A stretch of 36,043 nucleotides of DNA from an uncultured Oscillospiraceae bacterium. GTDB lineage: Bacteria; Bacillota; Clostridia; Oscillospirales; Acutalibacteraceae. Under the pieces are notes generated by a model. It made no database searches. It was not told where the DNA came from and worked only from the letters and a program-made list of their open reading frames with translations. The stretch is taken from contig USLV01000001.1 of the NCBI GenBank assembly GCA_900555705.1, positions 1-36,043 of the forward strand. The letters run 5' to 3'. This document shows, piece after piece, positions 22,991-32,386 of the stretch. The position numbers were made by a program, and so were the translations under genes. How positions within the stretch are numbered: the stretch's first letter is position 1; each line of letters opens with the position of its first letter.

Positions 22991-23951
22991 GGCGGAGCCT
23001 CCTTCCGAGCGCCGCCCAGCGGCTCTCGCCAAAGGGAGCCGGGCGCGTCGCCCGTTCGATCAGCGGCGTCAGGATATTCATGATGACGATGGCAAAGGAA
23101 ACGCCCTCCGGCAGCGAGCCGAACTGCCGGATCAGCACGGTCAGCAGGCCGCATCCGATGGCAAAGACCACTTTGCCGGATTTGGTGATCGGGCTGGTCG
23201 TATAGTCGGTCGCCATAAAGATGGCGCCGAGAAACAGGCCGCCGGACAGGATCTGAATCAGCGCCCTGTCCAGACTGCCGCCGATCAGCCAGGACAGCAC
23301 AAACACCGTCCCTATGTACAGCACCGGCACCGTCGGGGAGATAACCCGCCGTATCACCAGATAAACAAAGCCGAGCAGAAGCGCGAGAATGCAGGTTTCG
23401 CCGAGCGAACCGGGCCGCATACCGGTCAGCAGCGCGGACAGCTCGTATCCGGCCGGTTCACCCGCCGCGAGATTGGCGAGCGGGGTCGCGGAGGAGACAG
23501 CATCTGCTCCGGCGAAGGGAGAGGTCCAGCTGTTCATCGTATCAGGAAAGCTGCCCATCAGCACGATCCGTCCGACCAGCGCGGGGTTGACGAAATTATG
23601 GCCGATGCCGCCGAACATCTGCTTGGCGACCACGATCGCCACCACGCCGCCGAATGCTGCCTGCCAGAGAGGGATCGAAACCGGCAGATTGAAGGCGAGC
23701 AGCAGTCCCGTCACCATACAGGACAGGTCGCCGACTGTCTGCGGTCGTTTCATCACGACACGGCTGAGATATTCCGCCGCGACACAGGAGGCGACGCAGA
23801 CCAGCTCCACTGCCGCCGCACGCCAGCCGAACAGCCACATCGAGGCGACCGCTGCGGGCAGCATCGCGATCAGCACGTCCAGCATGACATGCCGGGTGCT
23901 GGCGCCGCTGTGGAGATGCGGCGAGGAGGACACAATATAGGAATTGTCCAT
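22983..23951 (-). CDS. rnfD: Rnf electron transport complex subunit D
   Basis: MDNSYIVSSSPHLHSG is the typical RnfD N-terminus. ...DAVSSATPLA... is the flavinylation-type motif. Start set at ATG 23951 with GGAAAGGAGAC 8 nt upstream. Confidence 0.9.
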   Translation of the reverse strand: MDNSYIVSSSPHLHSGASTRHVMLDVLIAMLPAAVASMWLFGWRAAAVELVCVASCVAAEYLSRVVMKRPQTVGDLSCMVTGLLLAFNLPVSIPLWQAAFGGVVAIVVAKQMFGGIGHNFVNPALVGRIVLMGSFPDTMNSWTSPFAGADAVSSATPLANLAAGEPAGYELSALLTGMRPGSLGETCILALLLGFVYLVIRRVISPTVPVLYIGTVFVLSWLIGGSLDRALIQILSGGLFLGAIFMATDYTTSPITKSGKVVFAIGCGLLTVLIRQFGSLPEGVSFAIVIMNILTPLIERATRPAPFGESRWAALGRRLRHE

Positions 23952-23971
23952 ATGGGTTTGTCTCCTTTCCG

Positions 23972-25294
23972 TCATTTCCGCAGCTCCGCCTTGGCGAGGC
24001 GGAGGGTTTGCACGAGCGGTCGGTTGGCCGGGCAGGAATAGGAACAGCAGCCGCATTCCATGCAGGTCGCGAGACCGCCGCGAACAAGCGCCTCCCGGTC
24101 ATGGCGTTGGAAAGCACCGACGAGGGTGGGGGGCACCAAATGCATCGGGCAGGCCGCGACACAACGGCCACAGCGGATGCAGTCGGTCGGGGCGGGGAGC
24201 ACCGCGTCCGCCGCCGAGAAGGCGAGGATGGCGTTGTTCTGCTTGAGGACCGGCGCCTGGTCGCTGATCATGGCGAGGCCCATCATCGGGCCGCCCATCA
24301 GCAGCTTGCTCACCTCATCCCGCAGGCCGCAGAAGGCGAGCAGGTCGGCGATCGGCGTGCCAATCACGGCGCGGACGTTTTTCGGCTCGGCGATGGCGGA
24401 GCCGTCGACCGTCAGTCGCTTGTCGAGAAGCGGGCGGCCGGTTTTCAGATAACGGGAGAGAAAGGCGATCGAGGTGACGTTCATCACGACACAGCCGACA
24501 TCCGCCGGCAGCTTGCCCGCCGGCACGCGGCGGCCGGTACAGGCGTCGATCAGCACCTTTTCGGCCCCCTGCGGATAGCGGGCGGGCAGCGCCTTGACCG
24601 TGACGGTCCGGGCGGGCGTTGAAACGCCCGTGGCAATTTTCGAAAGCTCCGCAATGGCAGCAGGCTTGTTGTTTTCGATGGCGATCATGGTCCGGCGGAC
24701 ATCGAGAAATTCCATCACCGTCTGCACGCCGGAGACGATATCCCAGGAGTTTTCGAGGCATTCGCGGTAGTCGGTCGTGATATAGGGTTCACACTCGGCC
24801 GCGTTGATGATGAGGGTGTCCACCTCGTCGACGTTTTTGGGATTCAGCTTGATATGGGCCGGGAAGCCCGCGCCACCGAGGCCGACGAGACCAGAGGCGC
24901 GCACCGCCCGGAGAAAATCCTCCTTATTGTTGACAACCGGCGGCTGCATGTCCTCCGCAGGCCGCTGTTCGCCGTCGTTTTCGATGACGACGGCCGGTGT
25001 GACCCTCCCGTTCGGGAGGGTGAAATCCGAGACGGCACGCACCTTGCCGGACACACCGCTGTGGATCGGGGAGGAGACTGGCTGATCGCTGTCTCCGACG
25101 ATCTGGCCGACCGCCACCGTGTCCCCCGGCTTGACAACCGGCACACAGGGGGCACCGAGATGCTGGGTCATGGGCAGTGTGATGACAGCGGGTGGCGGCA
25201 TGATCACCGTCTCGCAGTCAGCCGTATTCTTGCGGTGCGGCGCGTGTACGCCGCGGCTGCTGAGCAACGAGGCCGCTTTCTGCAATATCGACAT
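23972..25294 (-). CDS. rnfC: Rnf electron transport complex subunit C
   Basis: 440 aa. It has an RnfC N-terminal barrel, the GLGGAGFPAHIKL motif (NADH/FMN-binding domain) and two C-terminal CxxCxxCxxxCP motifs. Confidence 0.92.
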   Translation of the reverse strand: MSILQKAASLLSSRGVHAPHRKNTADCETVIMPPPAVITLPMTQHLGAPCVPVVKPGDTVAVGQIVGDSDQPVSSPIHSGVSGKVRAVSDFTLPNGRVTPAVVIENDGEQRPAEDMQPPVVNNKEDFLRAVRASGLVGLGGAGFPAHIKLNPKNVDEVDTLIINAAECEPYITTDYRECLENSWDIVSGVQTVMEFLDVRRTMIAIENNKPAAIAELSKIATGVSTPARTVTVKALPARYPQGAEKVLIDACTGRRVPAGKLPADVGCVVMNVTSIAFLSRYLKTGRPLLDKRLTVDGSAIAEPKNVRAVIGTPIADLLAFCGLRDEVSKLLMGGPMMGLAMISDQAPVLKQNNAILAFSAADAVLPAPTDCIRCGRCVAACPMHLVPPTLVGAFQRHDREALVRGGLATCMECGCCSYSCPANRPLVQTLRLAKAELRK

Positions 25295-25300
25295 GCGCGA

Positions 25301-25807
25301 TCATCCTTTCAGAAGGGTATGGAGTTTGGGGAAAACCAGCTGTAAAACCAGTCCTGTCAGCGTGCCGGCGACTACCGCCGCCAACAAGAGAAACGGCGCG
25401 TAATACAGCAGCGCGGTATCGAAGAGCAGCATGGCTGCCAGAAGCTGACCGCTGTTGTGGGCGACCGCGCCGAGGATGCCGGTGCCGATCAGGCCGACAC
25501 GGCGGGAGAAAAATCGGAAACAGGCAGCCATCACCAGTGTGCTGAGCAAACCGCCTGCGAGACTCATCCAGAAGGCGGCGCCGCCGCGCAGCAGCGCGAA
25601 CAACGCCTTGACCGCTGTCACGCCGAGCGCCGCGGGGAGTCCGAACAGCGAGAGCGCCGTCATGGTCGCGAGATTCGAGAGACCGAGCCTGGCGCCCGGA
25701 ATCGGCAAAACCGGCAAAAGTCCCTCGAGAAAGGAGAGCGCCATCGCGAGCGCGGCGAGTAGTCCGGTCACCGCCAGCCCCAAAACCGGCCGTTTATTAT
25801 CCTGCAA
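25301..25807 (-). CDS. Gx transporter family protein (heptaprenyl diphosphate synthase component I-like membrane protein)
   Basis: 168-aa polytopic protein reading ...ALSFLEGLLPVLPIPGARLGLSNLATM...GAVAHNSGQL.... It pairs with a NusG-domain-II gene next to rnf, a recurrent arrangement in Firmicutes. TTG start. Confidence 0.7.
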   Translation of the reverse strand: MQDNKRPVLGLAVTGLLAALAMALSFLEGLLPVLPIPGARLGLSNLATMTALSLFGLPAALGVTAVKALFALLRGGAAFWMSLAGGLLSTLVMAACFRFFSRRVGLIGTGILGAVAHNSGQLLAAMLLFDTALLYYAPFLLLAAVVAGTLTGLVLQLVFPKLHTLLKG

Positions 25808-26168
25808 CCGCGTCCACCTCCGCTTCTCCGGTCAGCCGGACGAAAATGCCGGCCGGGACACAGGCGGCCGCGTCCCCGACCCGGGTGAGCGAACCACTGT
25901 GGACACAGAGCTGATCCGGACAGCCGCTCGAAGAAAATCGAATCGCCCCATTTTCGACCGAGAGGACGACCGTGATGCCGCTGTTTCCGACAAGTGCGCG
26001 GCTGGTGTTTTCGTCCAGCGGCAGAAGAAAAGAGCCGTCCGGTGTGATGACTTCTGCTGTTCGTCCCTGCGGCGCGAGCAGCGCCCGTACAGCAAACAAC
26101 AGGCCTGCCAGCAGTACGACCACTGCCGCCACTGCCAGATCGCCCCAGCCGGGCCGCCTGCGCACCAC
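25797..26168 (-). CDS. NusG domain II-containing protein (DUF1312)
   Basis: N-terminal TM anchor, then ...VLSVENGAIRFSSSGCPDQLCVHSGSLTRVGDAAACVPAGIFVRL..., the CPDQxC motif typical of the family. GTG start at 26168 with GGGAGG 7 nt upstream. Confidence 0.7.
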   Translation of the reverse strand: MVRRRPGWGDLAVAAVVVLLAGLLFAVRALLAPQGRTAEVITPDGSFLLPLDENTSRALVGNSGITVVLSVENGAIRFSSSGCPDQLCVHSGSLTRVGDAAACVPAGIFVRLTGEAEVDAVAG

Positions 26169-26342
26169 CCAAACGCCTCCCTCAATACAGATTACAGGCG
26201 ACGGAAAACCGCCTGTATGCAGGATTAATCATACCCTATTTTGACAGAAAGCACAAGTTTTTTCTCGCATTTTTTGGTGAGAGTCAGAAATTTCCCGGAC
26301 AGAACCGATCGGCTCGGCATATACTGGCGCGAGGTGATACAT

Positions 26343-26840
26343 ATGACGACCATGCAGAGACATCATGGCCGGGGCTACGGCGCACTGCTGTGGCACGGCC
26401 GTCCGGCGGCATATGCCGATGTGCGGGGCTCGGTGGACTATCCCGACATCCGCGGCTCGGTGCTCTTTTTCCCGGTTCACGGCGGCACACTGGTGTCCGC
26501 CGAGATAAACGGACTGCCGGTCGGAGAGGGGGTCTGCGGCAATCCGGTCTTCGGTTTTCATATCCACGAATATGGAGACTGCACCGGCAACAGCACCGAT
26601 CCTTTCGCAGATACCGGCGGACACTATAATCCGCAGGACTGTGACCATCCGTTCCACGCGGGGGATCTGCCGCCGCTGTTCGGCAACAACGGCTATGCCT
26701 TCTGTGCGTTCTTTACCGACCGGTTTCAGGTACGGGAGGTGCTGGGGCGGGCGGTGGTGATACACAGCCATCCGGATGATTTCCGAACACAACCGTCCGG
26801 GGATTCCGGCTCCAAAATTGCCTGCGGCGTGATTCTGTGA
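26343..26840 (+). CDS. sodC: Cu/Zn superoxide dismutase family protein
   Basis: FHIHEYGDC...GGHYNP...HAGDLP...VVIHSHPDDF...GDSGSKIACGVI are Cu/Zn-SOD metal-ligand motifs. Start set at ATG 26343 with GAGGTGA upstream. No obvious signal peptide. Confidence 0.85.
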   Translation: MTTMQRHHGRGYGALLWHGRPAAYADVRGSVDYPDIRGSVLFFPVHGGTLVSAEINGLPVGEGVCGNPVFGFHIHEYGDCTGNSTDPFADTGGHYNPQDCDHPFHAGDLPPLFGNNGYAFCAFFTDRFQVREVLGRAVVIHSHPDDFRTQPSGDSGSKIACGVIL

Positions 26841-26845
26841 GCACC

Positions 26846-26887
26846 TTTTGAAAAAAGGGCGGGGACGGCTTGATCGTGCCCGCCCTT
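26846..26887 (-). terminator. Terminator between the convergent sodC and HNH nuclease genes
   Basis: Stem AAGGGCGGG (26855-26863) / CCCGCCCTT (26879-26887) with a 15-nt loop. On the minus strand it is followed by TTTTTCAAAAGG. Confidence 0.5.
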
Positions 26888-26893
26888 TGGCCG

Positions 26894-28015
26894 TTAAACC
26901 GACAGGCGCAGATCCTCGATCTTTTTCATCAGGATCAAAACCGGTGGAATATCGGCCTCTTTGTTCAGCAGCATTTGTTCCAGTTCGCTGTCATCCAGCA
27001 GAAGGATCATCTTTCCTTCCATCAGCCAGAGATCGCGCTGGTGCCGTCGAGTACCTGCGTTGCCGCCGCGGCGGCAGCAGATAATTCCCAGCATACCCGG
27101 GCCTTTTTCGCATAGATAATGTGCCATTTGCAGGATATCCGCCTTGGTCACCGCTTTTCCTGTGTTTTTGGCATCCACCACCAGATAATCGGCCCGATAG
27201 CGCTCGCGCAGGTAGCGCCACTCGTTGTCATAGGCATAATTGGGAAGAATGAAATCCCGGCGATTGGCCGCACCGAGATCGCAGTCCTGTTCAATCGGTG
27301 GTGCCAGCGGCGGACAGAACAGCAGTGCCAGCGCTTCACCGACCCATTTTTGATAGCGGCTCCAGTGCTCCCGTCCGCAGGGACAGGCCTTCAGGCGACG
27401 GATCAGCTCCCGGACGGGAGAAACCGACGCGGCAGCTGGTTTGCCGAAATGCGGCTGTTCCTGCATTTCATGTGCGAAGGTTTTGGCAAGAAAGGCGATG
27501 TCCCAAAGAGCAATACCAGCTTCCCGCAGTCGGCGCTGGTGACTGTCCGGCAGCTGCGCAGGAATGATGAGTGTGGGGATAGCATCCGGCATTGCCGTTT
27601 GCTCTTCCAGCAGACGGGCTATGACGGCACTCAGCCGATCATCTGTAAAGCCTCCGGCAGCAGCCTTGACCTCTGCGAGGATTCGCTGCTCAGGTCTGCC
27701 GTTCCCGGCACGGCGGCGAAAGACCAGATCCACCAGCCGTCGGTTTCCCAGCGATACATTCTGCCGGATGTCGTCATAATCGGGATTTCGATTCAGTAAT
27801 CCGATGACATACGAGATAAAAGCCGATTCACTGAAGGACCGGTTTAACCGTGTGTGATGGCAATCGCGGCAGAGCAGGATCAAATTGTCCAGGGCGTCGC
27901 TGCCGCCTGCTGCGAGCGGATGGAGATGATGACGCTCCCACTCCCCGGGTTTGAGCGGACGTCCACAGACGGCGCAGCGATAGACGGGTTCTTCGGTTTG
28001 TTTTGCAACAGCCAT
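26894..28015 (-). CDS. HNH endonuclease fused to restriction-endonuclease-like (PD-(D/E)xK) region(s)
   Basis: The N-terminus reads CAVCGRPL...ERHHLHP...GGSDALDNLILLCRDCHH (HNH with a CxxC...CxxC zinc finger). The middle segment ...RLVDLVFRR...ILAEVKAA... and the C-terminal segment ...RRDFILPNY...YLVVDAKNTGKAVTKADILQMAHYL... look like D...(D/E)xK nuclease cores. The ATG at 28015 is 3 nt after the HAD stop, and the GGAGGAA within the HAD stop region would serve as its RBS. Confidence 0.7.
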   Translation of the reverse strand: MAVAKQTEEPVYRCAVCGRPLKPGEWERHHLHPLAAGGSDALDNLILLCRDCHHTRLNRSFSESAFISYVIGLLNRNPDYDDIRQNVSLGNRRLVDLVFRRRAGNGRPEQRILAEVKAAAGGFTDDRLSAVIARLLEEQTAMPDAIPTLIIPAQLPDSHQRRLREAGIALWDIAFLAKTFAHEMQEQPHFGKPAAASVSPVRELIRRLKACPCGREHWSRYQKWVGEALALLFCPPLAPPIEQDCDLGAANRRDFILPNYAYDNEWRYLRERYRADYLVVDAKNTGKAVTKADILQMAHYLCEKGPGMLGIICCRRGGNAGTRRHQRDLWLMEGKMILLLDDSELEQMLLNKEADIPPVLILMKKIEDLRLSV

Positions 28016-28018
28016 CTG

Positions 28019-28783
28019 TCATTCCTCCAGCACATAGCGGCGGATCGCGGCTGCAACGCCGTCAGCCGAGCAGGAGAGCGTCACGGCGTCCGCCGCCGCT
28101 TTCACTTCGTCAGGAGCATTCCCCATGGCAATCCCGAGCCCGGCATAGCGCAGCATATCGAGATCGTTGCGGCTGTCGCCGAGGGCGACACTGTTTTCCC
28201 GCGGGATACCGAGTTCGGCGAGTGCGGCCTGCATGCCGACCGCCTTGCCGCAGCCGAGTGGCAGCGCCTCTGCGTAGCCGGGATGCTGGATAACCTCGAA
28301 ATCTCGTCTGAGCAGGGCGAGGATATCCGGCGGCACGGCGCCGTCGATGGTCAGCTTGCTGATCCGCGCGCCGACATAGCGCCGGTCAAAATCATCCGGC
28401 GCGGAGACAGGTTTCCAGTCTGACTCGCGATAGCCGACATGGCCGATGAGAAACATCTCGGTCTCTCCCTCCAGCACGCAGGGCGTGCCTTCCCGCAGAT
28501 AGCAGGCGCAGACCCGGCGGAGCACGTCGGGAGACAGACAAACGCTGCGTATTACCCGTTCGCCGATTTGGACATAGGCGCCTCCGCCCGCGACCACACC
28601 GTCGAAGGCAGCCGCCGCGAGCAGAGGGGCGGGAATACATCTCATCGAACGGCCGGTACAGAGCAGAACGGCGTGTCCCTCCGTCCGCGCACGGCGGATG
28701 GCCTCCCGATTGGCCGCCGAGGGAATCGGTCGGTCATAATTCAATGTGCCGTCGATGTCAAGGAAAATGGCCTTTCGCTGCAT
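28019..28783 (-). CDS. Cof-type HAD-IIB family hydrolase (sugar phosphatase-like)
   Basis: MQRKAIFLDIDGTL contains the DxDGT motif. ...LCTGRS... and ...ALGDSRNDLDML... (the GDxxND motif) are also present. Start set at ATG 28783. Confidence 0.85.
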   Translation of the reverse strand: MQRKAIFLDIDGTLNYDRPIPSAANREAIRRARTEGHAVLLCTGRSMRCIPAPLLAAAAFDGVVAGGGAYVQIGERVIRSVCLSPDVLRRVCACYLREGTPCVLEGETEMFLIGHVGYRESDWKPVSAPDDFDRRYVGARISKLTIDGAVPPDILALLRRDFEVIQHPGYAEALPLGCGKAVGMQAALAELGIPRENSVALGDSRNDLDMLRYAGLGIAMGNAPDEVKAAADAVTLSCSADGVAAAIRRYVLEE

Positions 28784-28883
28784 GGTCACAGGGTTCTCTC
28801 CTTTCGCTGTGGGCCGGGCACCAAACCAGGGCAGCCGGCGTAAACTGGAAAGAGCGGCCGACGCTGAATCGCCGGCCGCCTGT

Positions 28884-30125
28884 TTATGAAAAGGCATATT
28901 GTCCATTCACATCATAGAGGATATAAGCGGCATCCGCACCGGCCATTTCGGTCACGGCGCGCACCTCCTCCCTGATCTGCGCGGCATTGTAGCCGCTTGC
29001 CTGAATCCACGGCATGACAACGGGCTGCTTCTCCATCAGGCCGACGCGCGACTGAATCTGGGAGAGCAGAAGGGATATCGTCTCAAAGGGATGTGCCTGC
29101 GGTTCCACAACCTTTTCTGTGCCGACAGTGAGCTTTGTGCCGAAGGAAGAGGGGGTCAGCACCGGGGCGACGGCGCCCGCGCCGAAGGTGACCGGATTGC
29201 CGCCGAAGGGGCCGGTGCCGTCGCCGATGGCGGCGAGCCCGGGCATCGACAGGATCCAGCCGTTTTGGCCGACCGCTGCGTTCATCTCCTCCGCAAACAG
29301 CGCCAGCACCTCTCCTTTGGAGAGAGAGGCCCATTCGGTGGTGGTGAAATCCGCGCTGGAGGTTTGATAAGGAAACTGGACGCTGTCCAGCATCAGCAGG
29401 TCAAATCCCGCCCCTTTCAGTTCAGCGGCGAGCTCGGTGATAAAACGGCGGGCATCCGCGGAATAGGGGTTGAGCCAGCGTTTGCCGCCGTTCGATGGAT
29501 CGTTGTCATACCAGGAGGCGATGGAGTTGCCGGCAACGGTGATCTTGGCGGTGGCGAGCCGTCCGGCTGCAAGATGATCCTGGAAGGCGTGCAGCCGGGG
29601 GACCGGCGTCAACCCCTTTTCACGAAGTCGGTTCGCAGCCGTCTTCAGCTCCTCGAGGGTGAGCGCGTCGGAGGCAGCGGTCTGCGCCGCCACAGCGAGC
29701 TCGGTCGAGGAGACATAGCGCATCTGGCCGGTCTGTTCCTTCAGATCAAACAGCACACCGTTATAGCCCGCCTGTATTGCTGCGTCCAGCCGGGCGTTCC
29801 AGGCATCCAGCTCCTTCAGCGCCGAAACCGGCAGATAGATCAGCCGAAGTCCCCGGGTCGTGTCGACAGGCGGATCCGGCGTATCCGGCTCAGGGATATC
29901 CGCCGGTGCAGACGTACCGGCTGTCGAGGGGGCCGTTGTTTCCACCGCCGCATCCGAACCGTCAGAGGACGTGGATGGGCCGGCGGTCATCATATAGCTG
30001 GCGGCATAGTAGCCCGCTACCACCAGCGCCGGTACCAGCAGAATCGTCAACACCGTACCCACGATTTTGCCGATATTCCGACGCTTTTGAAACATTTTCC
30101 GTCCACGTTTCAGTTTTGTCCGCAT
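28884..30125 (-). CDS. Membrane-anchored putative glycoside hydrolase-like TIM-barrel protein (DUF4015 / GHL-type)
   Basis: Basic N-terminus plus a TM helix, a low-complexity Ser/Thr/Pro/Ala linker, then ...GYNGVLFDLKEQTGQMRYVSS...WLNPY...FDLLMLDSVQFP..., which resembles the DUF4015 family. Start set at ATG 30125 with GGAGG 8 nt upstream. The family assignment is from memory. Confidence 0.5.
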   Translation of the reverse strand: MRTKLKRGRKMFQKRRNIGKIVGTVLTILLVPALVVAGYYAASYMMTAGPSTSSDGSDAAVETTAPSTAGTSAPADIPEPDTPDPPVDTTRGLRLIYLPVSALKELDAWNARLDAAIQAGYNGVLFDLKEQTGQMRYVSSTELAVAAQTAASDALTLEELKTAANRLREKGLTPVPRLHAFQDHLAAGRLATAKITVAGNSIASWYDNDPSNGGKRWLNPYSADARRFITELAAELKGAGFDLLMLDSVQFPYQTSSADFTTTEWASLSKGEVLALFAEEMNAAVGQNGWILSMPGLAAIGDGTGPFGGNPVTFGAGAVAPVLTPSSFGTKLTVGTEKVVEPQAHPFETISLLLSQIQSRVGLMEKQPVVMPWIQASGYNAAQIREEVRAVTEMAGADAAYILYDVNGQYAFS

Positions 30126-30174
30126 CGTCCATGCCTCCAGTCTTTGCAATCATATATGAGGGAAGCAGCCGTTT

Positions 30175-30759
30175 TTATACCAGCGCACCAGGGCCGAAAC
30201 CAAGCAGCGCCAATGCGACCAGACCGAGGAACAGCAGCACCCCCGGCAGGCCGCGGAACGCGGCGGGAACCCCGGGATTGTCCATTCTCTCTCTCGCTTC
30301 GGCGGTCAGCCAGCTCAGCAGCAGGAAGCCGAGACAGGCGCCGAGCGTCAGTCCAATGGTGCCGGGCAGCGTGAGCGTGACCTTGTGGTTGGCAACCAGT
30401 GCCAGGCCAATGGTCAGGTTGTTGAATGCCGCGAGCGAGAGCATCCGCTGTATGCGCGGGTAGACGGCAGGCAGCATTTTTTTCAGCAGCAGCACCGCGA
30501 GCAGGTAAAGAAGCGCAGCGATTGCCACCATCAGGACGGGGCGGATCATCTTGGCCAGCGCTGTGTTACCGAGCAGCAGGTCCAGCGGATAGACGATCAG
30601 AACCGTCAGGAGAGAAAAACCGGTCAGCAGACCGCTGAACAACAGGATATCGCGGGGACGCCGGGTGATACGCAGCAGCATCGACGCACCGAAGCCGGTG
30701 GTCAGAATGGCATTCTGCATCACCGCCATAGCAAGCAGCCAGAGCAGCCATTCGGTCAT
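30175..30759 (-). CDS. RnfA/NqrE-like polytopic membrane protein (second, divergent copy)
   Basis: 194 aa reading ...VMQNAILTTGFGAS.... Length and hydrophobicity pattern resemble RnfA/RnfE. Its ATG overlaps the upstream TGA (ATGA at 30759-30756). It is much more divergent than the canonical rnfA at 21176. Confidence 0.6.
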   Translation of the reverse strand: MTEWLLWLLAMAVMQNAILTTGFGASMLLRITRRPRDILLFSGLLTGFSLLTVLIVYPLDLLLGNTALAKMIRPVLMVAIAALLYLLAVLLLKKMLPAVYPRIQRMLSLAAFNNLTIGLALVANHKVTLTLPGTIGLTLGACLGFLLLSWLTAEARERMDNPGVPAAFRGLPGVLLFLGLVALALLGFGPGALV

Positions 30760-31403
30760 ACGGCACCCTCCCCTCTCTCGGAGACACGCGTCAACAGCGA
30801 ATGAAAATGCTGAAGCAGCGCGGAAAGAAAGGCGAGCAGCAGGAAGCCGACGAAGGGCAGCGCCGCCTGTGGCAGCACCAGCGGCATATGGATCGGGATG
30901 TCCCAGATCGTGCCGTAGGCCGCCATTTCCCGAAGAGCCGACATCCCGCAGATCACGAGGCCGAATCCAAAGGAGGAGCCAAGCGCGTCCACCAGCGCGG
31001 CGGCAGGACGGTTGGAAACTGAGAAACCGCCGGCGCGATAGGTGAAGAGCGTATTGACGGCCATCAGCGGCAGGAAAAGATAGAGCGCCGCATAAATCTC
31101 ATGGGAGATACAGGTATCCAACAGAAAGGCGGCGCCGAGCAGCAGAATCGAGGCCCCAAGGGTATAGACCGGAGGGCGAAGCCAGCCGGGCAGCCGGTCC
31201 CGCAGCAGAGACATCAGCAGGCTGGTCGGCAGCAGTACCACCGCTGTGCAGACACTCAGTGCCACCCCGTATTTCAGATTGACGCTCGCCGCGAGAATGG
31301 GACAGAGGCCAACTGCCTGTACCAGCACAATGTTCCGAAGAAGAAAGGTATCGAAAAAGATGCCGGCCAGTTGTCGCGCAGAATGCCTGGCGGAGCTCTT
31401 CAT
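30756..31403 (-). CDS. RnfE/NqrD-like polytopic membrane protein (second, divergent copy)
   Basis: ...FLLRNIVLVQAVGLCPILAASVNL... parallels the RnfE/RnfA motif ...N-x-V-L-x-Q-x-LG-x-CP-x-LA-x-S. Start set at ATG 31403, overlapping the TGA of the upstream gene (ATGA). Confidence 0.6.
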   Translation of the reverse strand: MKSSARHSARQLAGIFFDTFLLRNIVLVQAVGLCPILAASVNLKYGVALSVCTAVVLLPTSLLMSLLRDRLPGWLRPPVYTLGASILLLGAAFLLDTCISHEIYAALYLFLPLMAVNTLFTYRAGGFSVSNRPAAALVDALGSSFGFGLVICGMSALREMAAYGTIWDIPIHMPLVLPQAALPFVGFLLLAFLSALLQHFHSLLTRVSERGEGAV

Positions 31404-32386
31404 GCCTGGACACCTCCTTTCCGGTATTGCCGCCACCGGCGGAGCCGATGGGTCAGCATCCAACAGCCGCGGTCCAGAATTGTGGCGAACAGATTGATGA
31501 GCAGGACGGCAAAACAGCAGCCCTCCTCATATTGGCCGAAATGGCGCAGGCACATCACAAGCGCACCGGCCAGCGCACCGTAAAGAATACGTGCCAGCCA
31601 GTGGCGCGGCGCGGTCACCGGGTCGTTCAGCAGGAAGATACCGGCGAAGAGCAGATAACCGGAGCAGAGCTCCAGCATCAGGCTCGAGGACCAGGTGTTG
31701 CCCACACGGGGGAAGAAGAAAGCACCCAGTGCACAGACTGCGAGATAAGGCAGGGTGATCAGTGGTGAGGCGCTGCGCCGGGAAAAGAGATAGAGCGCGC
31801 AGGCGGCCAGGATGGCAATCGCCACCGCGCCGATCGGGCCGGGGAAATTGCCAAGCAGCATATTCGGCAGCGTATAGAAGGATTCGCCGCCGGATTGCAA
31901 CAGCGCGGCGGGGGATTTCGCCGTAATGACCGCCGAGAGATCGTCGAGCGGTCGGCCCGGATCCGGAAAGAGGAACATCTGCTCCGGAAAACAGACGGTG
32001 ACAAACGCGAGCCCGCCCGCTGCCGGGTTAAACAGATTGCGGCCGTTTCCCCCGAAAGGCATCTTGACAACCAGAATGGCGAAGCCTGCGGCGACAACCG
32101 GGAGCCAGAGCGGGGCGATCGGCGACATCACCGCGCCGATCAGACCGCCGGTAACGGCGGCGGTACCGTCCAGCAGGGAGGGACGTCTGCGCATCAGCAG
32201 GCAGGCCAGCAGCTCAAAGCCGAGAGCCGCGCCAATCGAGGCCAGCATCACCGTGACCGGCCGAATCCCGAAATAGACACAGGAGAAAACCGTCAGCGGC
32301 AGCAGCGTGATCAACACATCGAGGCAAAGCATCGAGGCGCGGTCGTGCCGCCGCAGATGAGGCGCCGCACTGGTGTTATAGCTCAT
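31400..32386 (-). CDS. RnfD/NqrB-like membrane protein (second, divergent copy)
   Basis: MSYNTSAAPHLRRHD parallels the RnfD N-terminus (xSSSPH). The topology is polytopic. The canonical SGATPL flavin site is replaced by ...VITAKSPAAL.... The start is ambiguous between GTG 32395, ATG 32392 and ATG 32386. Confidence 0.6.
   Translation of the reverse strand: MSYNTSAAPHLRRHDRASMLCLDVLITLLPLTVFSCVYFGIRPVTVMLASIGAALGFELLACLLMRRRPSLLDGTAAVTGGLIGAVMSPIAPLWLPVVAAGFAILVVKMPFGGNGRNLFNPAAGGLAFVTVCFPEQMFLFPDPGRPLDDLSAVITAKSPAALLQSGGESFYTLPNMLLGNFPGPIGAVAIAILAACALYLFSRRSASPLITLPYLAVCALGAFFFPRVGNTWSSSLMLELCSGYLLFAGIFLLNDPVTAPRHWLARILYGALAGALVMCLRHFGQYEEGCCFAVLLINLFATILDRGCWMLTHRLRRWRQYRKGGVQA

Noticed and set aside
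20299-25345. Many long plus-strand ORFs antisense to the rnf operon, for example 20299..21243, 22851..24041, 24008..24622 and 24854..25345.
   Set aside because: These are typical high-GC antisense open frames. Their translations are rich in Arg, Ala, Gly and Pro and have no recognisable motifs. The opposite strand encodes textbook RnfB/A/E/G/D/C proteins.
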